Below are positions 28,479 to 39,188 of a stretch of 64,000 nucleotides of DNA, in pieces; within the stretch, counting starts at the first letter, position 1; the number at the start of each line of letters is the position of its first letter. The DNA is from Toensbergia leucococca. Taxonomy: Eukaryota. The stretch lies in NCBI GenBank assembly GCA_022813965.1, contig JALDZS010000023.1, forward strand, positions 1 to 64,000, in the 5' to 3' direction. The notes under the pieces are model-generated. The model was not told the origin of the DNA and searched no databases. It saw nothing but the letters and a program-made list of their open reading frames with translations. The position numbers were made by a program, and so were the translations under genes.

Positions 28479-28701
28479 GGTCTTAATTCAAGCAAAGCTT
28501 CACCGAGCTAGCTTTTGACTCGCCAGTTTCTATTGACACATCTTTCTCCCGCTTTTTATTTACACCTTCTCCCTCTGGTCTTAATTCAAACAAAGCTTCA
28601 CAGAGCTAGCTTTTAATTCACCAGTTTTTATTCGTATATCCATCCACCCTTCGTTTCTATCGACACATCTTCCTCTGGCTTTTTATTTACAGCTTCTCCC
28701 T
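28479..28701. repeat. Imperfect tandem duplication of a ~98-bp unit upstream of the 28744 gene
   Basis: ggtcttaattcaa(g/a)caaagcttcac(c/a)gagctagcttt...gacacatct...gctttttatttaca(c/g)cttctccct occurs at about 28479-28575 and 28577-28701; the second copy carries a ~27-bp insertion. Confidence 0.9.
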
Positions 28702-28743
28702 CCCAATCCTATCTTCTTACCTTGCTTCCAGAAAGACAAAGAC

Positions 28744-29970
28744 ATGTCTAACTCAGGCTTTTCAAACTTGCCCGACGCTGTAATGGCCACTATTATGGAT
28801 TCAATCACCGATCTCCCAACTCTACAGAATCTCGTCTCCGTCTCATCCATCGCAGAGGCGGTTTTCGAACACTGGCCGGTAACTTATTTGACGAAGGCCA
28901 TGTGCAACATCCCATCCGAGCTACATCAAATCATCATGGCCCTCGTCTGGTTTAGTCAAGAAAAGCCCGACTCAGCGGAGAGTGTGATAAAATTTGTTGA
29001 CAGATATCTTGGGGACAGCGATCATCGCCTGCCGGCACAGATCTCGAACCCCCTAGCATTACTCAAGATGCTAGGTAAGGCTGCTGACGCCGTCGAACTC
29101 CTGACCATTGCATACGCAAAGTCATGGTTCCCTGCGCTGCCAATGTCCGAGGAGTGGCCAGTCTACGCGTCCGAGGCTCACCGCATCAAACGAGCACTCT
29201 GGCGCTACGAAATCTACAGCCGACTCTTCTACATCCCTGCCGAGAAAGAAACCGAGCGCCATCGCACAGCCAAGCCCGAACAACTCATAGAGCAGCAAGA
29301 ACGATTCCTGCGAAGACTTGCGCCATGGGAAGTTGTCGAGTTGGAGTGTGTAAATGGCTATCTGAGCGGGATCCTCCAACACGCCCAGCCCTCCACCAAC
29401 CCCACCACCTCCAAACCCAACGCCCAAAAACCCAAACCCACCCCCTCCAGCCTCCCCAACATCCTCTTCCAATGGCTCCAAATCCCCCCCGCAACCCAGC
29501 CCACCATCCCAAACCCGACCTCCAACCCCCACACCCTCTCCCCGCCCCACACCCTCCCCCACGCGCTGCACAACCTGCGCCAACACGTCGGCCGCCCCAT
29601 GCAAGGCGAGCTCCACAGCCACGTCTGGGCCGATAGCCCAAAGATGGTATGGCCCAACGGAGAGTGGAAGCGGATGTGCAACAGAACGTCCAATACTACG
29701 ACCCTGTGGAACCCAATGGGCAGGCACGATCACCGGCACCCGCGCAACGAATACATGGCTACCAACGGCTTCTGCTTCTGGGACGAGAACCGGACGCATG
29801 TGATGATTCCGCGCCTGCTGGTCGTGCAGCGGGATATGCATCGGCGGGGCTGGCGATTGGAATTGTTTTGGGTCCGGTTTATTTTGGAGTATGGGCGTTG
29901 GAGCATCCCACCCGCCGAGCGACAGGGGTTGGAGAAGGAGAAACGGGAGGCGGAAAAGAGGAGGAAGTGA
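28744..29970 (+). CDS. Hypothetical protein with F-box-like N-terminus
   Basis: 408-aa ORF with no evident intron; FSNLPDAVMATIMDSITDLPTLQNLV F-box-like start; EAHRIKRALWRYEIY and PWEVVELECV motifs recalled from fungal F-box-like families. Confidence 0.65.
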   Translation: MSNSGFSNLPDAVMATIMDSITDLPTLQNLVSVSSIAEAVFEHWPVTYLTKAMCNIPSELHQIIMALVWFSQEKPDSAESVIKFVDRYLGDSDHRLPAQISNPLALLKMLGKAADAVELLTIAYAKSWFPALPMSEEWPVYASEAHRIKRALWRYEIYSRLFYIPAEKETERHRTAKPEQLIEQQERFLRRLAPWEVVELECVNGYLSGILQHAQPSTNPTTSKPNAQKPKPTPSSLPNILFQWLQIPPATQPTIPNPTSNPHTLSPPHTLPHALHNLRQHVGRPMQGELHSHVWADSPKMVWPNGEWKRMCNRTSNTTTLWNPMGRHDHRHPRNEYMATNGFCFWDENRTHVMIPRLLVVQRDMHRRGWRLELFWVRFILEYGRWSIPPAERQGLEKEKREAEKRRK

Positions 29971-30280
29971 GCTTGTTATTGGCGAATGAAGATAGTCGGG
30001 CCAGGGGGACCTTTTTTGGGATAGCGTTTTTCTTACTCCGTAGGTACTCATGTGAATATTAATCCCGGAATGAAGCATACTGGATTATGCACCATAGCAT
30101 TCAATATTTCTGGTTTTTAATTTCGATACCAACCTGCTTTACCAACCTAGTGTGTTGCATATTCCAATATACTGTATTCCAAAGTGATCACTTGTACCTG
30201 TTCCTTGCATACGATTCCTATTTTCGTTCCCTCTTTCTCATTTTTTCCGTTTTTTCCCCAGAGAAATCCCAAGGCTCTCC

Positions 30281-32712
30281 TCACACCCTTCCCTTCTCCC
30301 CCAACTCTCCCTTCGCAACCTCAAACGCGTCATGCTTGATCATATCCGCGCAGTTCTCCCCAATCGCATACGCTGGCATCTGCGTATGTCCCATATTCAA
30401 GGTCGGCATAACGGAGCAATCAGCCACGCGCAAGCCAGCCACGCCGTGGACCCGGAGGCGGGCGTCGAGGACGGCGAGAGGGTCCGAGGAGGGACCCATT
30501 TTGGCGGTCCCGGCGGGGTGGTAGCCTAGGGGGATGCTTTGGTTAGAGATGGGATAGGATTGGGGGTTGGAGAAAAGGGGCGGGGGAAACGGACAGGTGG
30601 TTGCGTTTTGCTTGACGAACGTCTTCCATTCGTCAAGGGTCGTGTATTTGTGGTGGGCTGACTGCGGGGGCCAGCTACCCTTGATGATCTCCTTAGTGCC
30701 GGTGCCCTCTGTCACAATCTCATTACCAAAGCGGCACCCCTCAGCCAAAACAGTCAGATCCAGCTCGCTGTCCAGATAATTGTGGTCAACAATCGGATTT
30801 TCCATCGGATCTGCGCTACGAAGTTTCACGTTTCCGCGCGACTGCGGCGAGAAGAGTTCGGTGATGATTGAGAAGGCGCATTTGTTGCCTGCTTTGACGC
30901 TTTCGAGGCCTTGGGAGGGGCCGCATTCGGTGGTGAAGAATTCGATGTTTGGTTGCGAGGGTTGGAGACCCATTGGGTCGCGACCTGGGAGGTGCGGGGC
31001 TGTGGACCAGGTTTCGTTGGAGGAGAGGCGGGAGGAGAGGCGGGCGTAGGCGAAGGCTCCGAAGGGGAACCCTAGTTGGAGGCGGTTAGTTGTCAGGATG
31101 GCGAGTTGTGGAATGAGACGGGTAGGGACTTACTTGATAGGGGGCCGGTTTTGTGCTCTTTCCACATGCGGTAGGCTTCCACGATGGCATTGTCATGGAA
31201 GAGAAGGTGGTCTATTGTGAGTTTGGGGTTTTCGGTCTCGTAGTAGATGAAGACAATCTAATGGTCAAACGTAAGCGGGACTGAATTTGTTAAGTTATTC
31301 TCTTCAGTTGACAACCGAAAAGTAACTTGTCGTTCACATAAATTGGACGCATTCGACAAAGAATTCATTTTAAGGTCAATGCAATAGTTTCCTTCCCGCA
31401 CCATACATCGAAGTTCTGTAGAGATACGTGTAGAAGACCTGTTTTCGATGTTCTGCTTGACCACCAGCTAAAGGGATATGGGACCAGCTACTTACCATGT
31501 GATCCGTCAGATTCTTGCCCACACCCGGCAAGTCAACTTTACAAGCTATGCCAAGATGCTCAAGTTCTGTCGCAGCACCAATACCAGAACGCATAAGTAT
31601 TGGGGGCGTGCAATAGGAGCCTCCACTGATGATGATTTCCTTGTTTGCAAATATGATCTTTGAGTTTCCTGCCTTGTCGACGATACGCACAGATGTCGCC
31701 CTTATTTCTCCATTCTCCTCTGCTAGAATGACCTTGTCCACTGTCGTCTCGGTCTTAACAGCAAGGTTTGTCCCGCTATTCCGAAGAAAATCGGCACTTG
31801 TGGTCCTCAACCCTTGATATACGGTTCTGGGCGCGTAGCCACAGCCATGCGGATTGTCTCCTGTAGTAAACATGTCATCCTGTCGTTTCAGCCCTTTTGA
31901 TTCAAACGACTGTATTATGAGCTCGGAGATTGGTGCCGGGTCGTTGGGCTCTGTATGTAAAGGTCCTGTGGTTCCGTGATTTTCCACGTCTGCATTGAAC
32001 CAATCTTTCGGGTGAAAGGTCTCTGACTGTGGTAATACATCAGTCATGAGTCTTCTACTCTTTCACATCGGCTGGCTTGACCTTCTTCATGTACGAGAAA
32101 ACCTCGTCTCCACTCCAGCCGTCCAACTTCCAATCATCGAAATCATGTTTCGTTCCCCTAACACAAAGAGTACCACTTGATACAACTCAGTTCCGTGAAA
32201 AGGCATCTACTGCTTTCTGAGTATTTCTTACTTGCAGCCGCTAGACCCTCCCAAATATCTACCTCGGGAGAGTGCGATTTGACGATTGTCAATCCCTGGT
32301 GATGGGTCGGCGACAATCTTCCAGTCTGTAGGTCCAGAATCAGTACATGGCATATAGAGGAGCTCTACTTTGGCAAATACCATGCTCAGTACCGAAATTC
32401 TTCGACCATCCTCCTATTTCATTATTCTAATTAGTTTCTTTGCCCTTTGCCCTTTTCTATATTTCATCTATACCTACCAACCATTTGAGTATTTTCTAGC
32501 AGGCTGTTGTGCTGACCAGCTTCGATAAGCAGAACGGAAACATTGGGTATCTCTGCGAGTCTCGCAGCAACGACTGCGCCCGATGTACCTCCCCTAACGC
32601 ACTATTAATTCCTGCTTCAGAAGAGGTGAAAAGCGACATGCCCGCAAATGATGTAGTCATAAGATGCCTCGTCTACCGTCACAGATAGTTTGTTTTGGAA
32701 TTCAGCTGCCAT
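30281..32712 (-). CDS. GMC oxidoreductase (glucose/choline dehydrogenase-like), no signal peptide
   Basis: YDYIICGGGTSG FAD motif, RGRYLGGSSGCNG, PPILMRSGIG, VGKNLTDH, YHPAGTAKMG, LRVHGVAGLRVADCSVMP, GHTQMPAYAIGE; about 8 introns, the first GC-AG. Confidence 0.93.
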
Positions 32713-33552
32713 TGTTGTGATTTGGATGTTTGGGCAGTTTATTCAAAGATGTTTCTCTTCAGGGATCACTCAACTTGACTGCACTTTTCATGAATCATAC
32801 GAGGGTGTAGCTGATTTGTCTGGCCGGGTGAAACATGTTACGGCACGACACGGGATATATTGTGGTGTTCAGCCTGGTAAGTGCCAAGGATGATGATTCC
32901 AATGCACGGCTGACGGTCTCCTTTCCATCGGTCAGCTGCACTGGTAGAATAATCATCGTCACACGTCGAATTTGAAGGGAAAAGAAGATAGTACGCCATG
33001 TCTCGATTAGAGTCTGGGTACCTCTATGGACAAGATGCTCCATTCTTCATGTTCATATGAAAGTCGAATCATTAAATCCTTGGACTGATGAAGAATCTAA
33101 CAGTACTTAGACTCCTGGAGCAACGGGATGACGGAACTACAGTCGAGCCCTGCAGGTCCCGGTCCGGTTATGCCGGTGGCCCGCCAATTTAAAAAGAGGT
33201 CGAGGGGAAAGTTTAGGCTAGGTATTCTAAGAGTCTATCCGCAACCCGCACCTTGTAGAGGACTGAAGCGTGTTGACCCGAGGACCGTTATGAGTCCAAA
33301 ACTTTAACACGACCTCGATCGTCCACATTGAAATCCTGAAGGATCATAGCACCATCTAGATAGAACACGAATGCTGTCGGAGCCATACTGGATCTGTACA
33401 GGCTTGTTAGAAAACGACTGCATGGCCCCAAACAACAGAGACCTAATCGCGTGTGGTGGACATGCTCAATAAAGCTCTCACAAAAGCTCTAGAGGAAAGA
33501 ACCATCATACCCTCCTGATCACAGGCCTATCTTATCTCCTATGAAAGCCACT

Positions 33553-34279
33553 CTACCGTCTTCTCATTCTCATCCTCACCGTGGCCCGTGCACCTTGACT
33601 CCAATTCCCCTTCTTCGCTTGCAAGAACTCTGCAACAGCACAAAACTGTTCGGCCGCAAAGCCAGGGTGATCCTCTAAAAGTGTCTGGCAACCAGGGTTC
33701 TTTTTCAGCCAGTTTTCCTCTGCAAAATACTGTGCCAAAGTTCTCGTGACAAAATCTCGGAGAGGTGATCCCTTGCCAGTCTTGTCGTAGATCTCCGCCA
33801 CGCACGGAAGTATCACCTCCTCTTCACCACCCCATTTATCAAATTCCGCAATCTGCAACATCGTTTCGTCAAGTAGTGCCGTGAACTGAAGTTTATCCGC
33901 TAGATAATAAAGCTGACAGAAGCCTTCAAACTTTTCTCGGAGTTCCTGAATCGCATATGTCAAGATATTGAGACCGTCAATCTTCTTTTCATACATCCAG
34001 AGTGCGAGCTTGGTGAAGGCCACGGGATCATCTTCAGGAAGCTTAAGTGTTCCGTCGGTCGCCTCTTTGAAGTGGCCTTCAAAAGCCTTGGAGAAGAACA
34101 ATGAGCTCTCGCAAAGTAAGCTCCGTGGTAGCTCGAATCTCTTTTCCTCGGGGCCAACGAGGATGACGACCAAGGGTACTTTCGTGTGGACACTTTAAAC
34201 ATGTTAGTGATATTAAAGGGTGAAAATGGACTGACCGTTTGCATACAGTAGTCTCTGTTCTAGTGACTTCTCGAGGCAT
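33553..34279 (-). CDS. BTB/POZ domain protein (copy 1)
   Basis: VVILVGPEEKRFELPRSLLCESSLFFSKAFEGHFKEATDGTLKLPEDDPVAF...W.Y; intron about 34193-34235 joins exon MPREVTRTETTVCKR in frame. Confidence 0.88.
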
Positions 34280-34769
34280 TCTTGTGAAGACATTGTGAAC
34301 GTATGTTAAATGACTCTCTCCTACGTACGTTTAGTGAAGGATGAATGTTTCTAGAGAAGACTTTCCAAGCATAAATGGGGATAATGTGCTTATTCGCGGC
34401 GAACGCGTGGTGTCGATGGATTTGGCGTAAGTCCAAAACCTTCGCTGATTGCAGATGCAGTGAATTCTTTGCCAAAAGAAAAGAATTTACAAGCTATGGT
34501 TGGTGTTGAATTGAGGCTTATTTGGGTACACGTAGGATGAGTCAAGTGATCTCAAGCAAAGCATGCAATACTTCAAGCCAAGCGCAAAACATGCAATCTC
34601 GCTGTAGAATGAACAGAGGGCTTCTTGCTCTGCTACCCTCAAGATCTCTCAACAGAACATTCACACATGCGCGCTAACTCCTTCAATTGAAGCAGTTTTC
34701 AGTCCGGTGTCATCGATTGATGAGATCTACACGCGTGTATCAGATCAGTAAAACACCACACAACACCAC

Positions 34770-35600
34770 TCATGAACACTCACCCAACTCTTCTTCATCC
34801 TTTATCTGTGCACTCCTTGAAATCATGATGAGATCAACTGCAAAGCCCGGGCATTCTTCAAAGCTTCGCTGAAAATCCAGGTAACCCCAACAAGCAAAAT
34901 CCTTTCCCACCTCCTGCGCCACTAACTTACGAAGCGCTGCTCGCTCGATAGTGTTTTGGTATACGTCAATAACAAGATCGGGAGTGATAACGGGGAGTCC
35001 TTTCGATTGCAATTGCTCGAAGGCAACTCTTAGCTCCATTAAAACACCTTTGTGCAACGGGGGCTTGATAAGGAGCTTGTCTGATAAATGGTGCAAACGG
35101 AAGAGAATGCGGCAAGCTTCTCGTTCGATAGGTAAATCTCGATTTTTGTCGCGCAAAGTGAGACAATCGTGTAGAACATCGACCTTTCCTTGATAAAACC
35201 ATTGAATGAGGTATGCAAAGGCAGTCGGGTCATCCTCTGGAAGATCCATTCGACGATCAAGTGCCTCTTTGAATTGTCCATCAAGGGCCTTTTGGAAGAA
35301 CATCGAATGCTTGCACAATATATTCTTGGGCAAGTTGAAAAGAATCTTGTCTTCGCCAACAAAAATGGCAACCATGGGTCCCTGGCAGAGTCTTTGTGCC
35401 AGAATTAGCTTGTGTCTTGTAAAGATGATGAGCTGACCAGGGGTGTACTTTGCAAATCCTATCGCAGTGGTATGTCCCATCCGGTCGCCCTCGGCAAACG
35501 ACATCTCTTCATGCAAAGAGAGAACCCAGGATGACATTTCGCTCTGTAGAACGGCAATAAGTTAAACGAAGAATCGGAATCGGAAGCTTCTACATACCAT
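34770..35600 (-). CDS. BTB/POZ domain protein (copy 2)
   Basis: VAIFVGEDKILFNLPKNILCKHSMFFQKALDGQFKEA...LPEDDPTAF...WFY; probable ATG-only first exon (35600-35598, then GTATGT) and probable in-frame intron 35392-35448. Confidence 0.85.
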
Positions 35601-36049
35601 GATAAGGTTTTGTGTGGTTCACTACTCTTTCTGTCAAGGTAAAAGAAATGCTGTGTTTAGATCTCATGAGCGGGATTACAGTCATGAGCGTGAATCAAAT
35701 GTTGACGTGGACAACATGGTGCGTGAAGGTGAAGCTGACTTGTCAGGGTACATCTTTGTGTTGTGCTTGTAAGCTGGAACACTCCTTTATTAGATTTTCA
35801 GACTGAAAGAGAGCAACGTACTCACATATTCCCATGATTTCGAGATTCTAGAGATTCAGCTGAATGATGATGGAACAGGGAAGAGCTGCAACATGAGAAA
35901 AGAGAAGGTGAGTCTTGTAGGAATCACGCACGTCAAAGAAAATCAAAAGAGCTCAATAGCCCCACAAGGTAGAATCGTAGCCATAGAAATTATCAAAAGC
36001 CATGCATCATTTCCCTATTCTCATCAGATACAATATATACAATAGTCTA

Positions 36050-37227
36050 TCAACTGGGTTTCTTCTCTTTCATAAACCACGGCATCCAAATCTAGCTCCT
36101 CATATCATTCAATATCAAAGACTTACTTATAGCTACTAAGCAAAGCAAACATGACTATGCATATCAGCATGCTGAAGCCTGCTATGGTCGCGCTTTCGTG
36201 CAACTGCCTCACAACTCCTCGCACCTCTGGCTCTAATGGGACGGACACGCACAAGGAGGTGATTGTAATAGGAGCAGACCAGGAGATGTTGCTACCGTGA
36301 TCAAGGCCAAGAAGAAGAGCGGATACAGCGAGGATTAGAATGAAAGCACCGAGGAAATCGATCCGGCGCAATTTGGTTCCCCAATCTGAGCTTTCTTTTT
36401 CCGGGGGTTTCAGGACGAAAATAACGCTGATGAATGCTATAGCACACATAGGAGCCTATGCACGAAAAGCCATAAATAAGATTAGCATGTGTACAGATTG
36501 GTCCTGAGGCAGAATTATTGTACTATCGCTAACCCACATAATCGGCGAGTACACCACCTGGGTAGACGTTAGCTTTCAGGGGGCTTGTGGAAAAGTGAAC
36601 GAACTCGTACCGAGTAGTGCACCACAACCAGCCCCTGCTGCATAGATAATACTAAATATTTCTTGCCAGAGCCTAGCACCCACTTAGTAGGGATTCATAA
36701 ATAGCCATACAGGCTTTGGGCTCAGTCTCGCAGCGACAAGCTCATCCATGTCTCTGGCCAAGCCGTAGAAGAGGCAGCCAGCCCCAAAGATGGCGTAGCT
36801 GAATTATAGCGCAGACTTCCTCCCGAAGATATCATTCAACTTGCCATAGAGGGGAGGTCAAGGTTTAGCAAAAGCGGGTTCAAGACGTGGTCTTGACGCA
36901 CCCAGTCGCAATCCAAGAAGTATTGTTCAATACCTCCAGTTCACCACAGATTTTGCTATAACTTGATACGATGATAGTCTAGTCTCTAGCAGCGAGAAAT
37001 ATCTAAATCCATGTCAGCATGAGCCTTTTCTTTGGCGGCGAGCTTATCTGGTCACACTCCAAAGCAAAGAAAATGAACTTCAGTTTTTCTTTCACTTCTA
37101 GCATACTGCGATACTACGGTACCCTTTCCTCATCTCTATCATGCACCATCTTCGATTCCCAATTTCACAGTAATAATGTTGAGGAATGATACCTCAGCCG
37201 ATCCTAGAGAAATAGAACATCAGGCAT
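36050..37227 (-). pseudogene. Degraded 14-TM MFS transporter (DHA2/Vba-like) pseudogene
   Basis: IFLAARD*TIIVSSY...NNTSWIAT, LYGKLNDIFGRKSAL*FSYAIFGAGCLF, *APMCAIA...LRRIDFLGA; four in-frame stops, and an abrupt jump SVPL|EPEVRGVVR at about 36233 that removes most of the C-terminal half. Confidence 0.88.
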
Positions 37228-37446
37228 AGTGACATTACAAGTCATTGTTTGACAAAGAGTCCTCTTTTGATAGCCAGATCTTGTATTCTGATACGTCCGG
37301 CTATACACCCGATTTCGCCGACCCATGAACAAATAGACCGGAACATTCTAGCCTGGCATAAATTCAAGACTAATGCAACATCATGAATCATGGCTTTAGT
37401 GCAGCTCCACTGTACATCCCCCTTGGATTTGACAAGATGCACCTCA

Positions 37447-38827
37447 CTAACCGCTGCTAGGTTTCCCATTCGCACCATTGATAGTTCCTTCTTGCCGAGT
37501 CTCTGGTAGCATGATCGCTGGTCCTCCAGGGGAGTCCGCTTGCCTTGCTGTCAATACCTCTACTCCATCCTCTGTTACTAGCAGCGTATGCTCGAATTGC
37601 GCAGTCTTCGATCCATCTTGCGTGACGCTTGTCCAATCATCAGGCCAAGTCTTGTCCCTATAAGTGCCCAGGCTAATCATGGGTTCAATTGTGAAGCACA
37701 TCCCAGGCTTTGCAATTCCGACGGCCTTGTTTTTCGCATAATGTGGCACATTAGGTGCACAATGAAATAGCTGGTTGATGCCGTGGCCACAGTATGTCCT
37801 GATAACGCTGCACCCCCTTGCTTTGGAAAACTTTTCGATAATTCCGCCAGGTTCCCGAAAGAGCATGCCGGGCTTCACATTTCTAATGGCCTCGTCGAGG
37901 GACTCTCTGGCCGTTTCGACTACCCGTACTGTATCTGGGTCTGCGAGTGCCTTCGCTCCAACGTAGTATGTCTCGTTGAGATCCCCATGAAAGCCACCAT
38001 GATATAGAGTTACATCGAGGTTCACTATATCGCCCTCCAGTAGAGGGCGTTGATCAGGTATGCCGTGACATATAACTTCGTTGACTGAGGTGCAGACAGA
38101 TTTAGGAAAGTGAACATAATTCAGAGGCGAGGGGTACGACTAAGAAAACGTCAGCGACAGAATTTCATGGGCCAAGAAGATTCATAACAGTGGCTTTGTA
38201 TCAAGAACTCACGTCTCTTTCTACACACGCCTTATGAACGACTTCGTCGATGTAATCTGTCGTTACACCTGGCTTGACTTCCCTTGCAGCGATGTCAAGG
38301 ACCTCTCTTGCTAGTTTGCATACTTTCCGCATGCCCTCCTGTTGCTTTTTGTCTAGTACCGTAATATTATGCCTTCCTAGAAACTTCTGCTCCGATCTTG
38401 GAATACCGTCTTTCGCGTAATCTGGATGTACTATTGAGGCAGGAACAGTTCGCTTCTCAGAAAGAGGATATACAGGTCTCAAGGAACCTGTAAAGGGAAA
38501 GGTTGGGAATGGGTTGAACGAGGTCGCTACAGCATCGAACTCAGTTACACTGTTCTAGAACCGGGAGAGTGGATAGGACTACCATTCGACTTATGCACCG
38601 CCTTATGCTCCGACTAAAAAGTCTTAGCATATACATGAACATTCCTCTAGAACGTATGTACCTTACGAGGGTACAAGGTAGCCTACCCAACTCCTCTTGA
38701 AGCAATCTTGAGAGCAGAAGAAACTTTCCTTTCCAAGTTTCAGACATGTCGGGCACTGCGATGACCCAGCTTCGTTCGGACAGTCCACACCAATGCACTG
38801 TTTCTTGACGGCTTCTGTGGCCGCCAT
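37447..38827 (-). CDS. MAP1: Methionine aminopeptidase 1
   Basis: N-terminal zinc finger (QCPTC...[19 protein letters not shown]), [64 protein letters not shown]; three introns. Confidence 0.97.
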
Positions 38828-39188
38828 AGCAGTCGACCAGCTACTCGTATGATTCAGTCTATGAGACCAGAGCGACGGGTATTTGTATGTTTTTCGGAGA
38901 CACGAAAGGATCGAGATTGATTTAGTACTGATTGGTGTAAGAGATAAAACAATGATGCACGGTGGCTGTACTTGAAAAATTCGTATGAATCATTTGTGAC
39001 AGTTCGTTTGACGTCCACACTCGAAGTTGCTGTAGGGCTGAAAACCAAGGTAAGCTAAGACATCCCTGGCCGGAGCTATTTACTTAGTTCCGAGGTTCCG
39101 ACATCTAGGTGCATGTCATCATCACGAAGATTCGACGAAGTAGGTAGGTAAGTCAAAGCTTTTACAATCTCGGGCTTGATCACACCAA

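Noticed and set aside
29122..30078. 318-aa antisense ORF and other overlapping ORFs in skewed regions
   Set aside because: Shadow frames of the 28744 gene caused by C/G skew.
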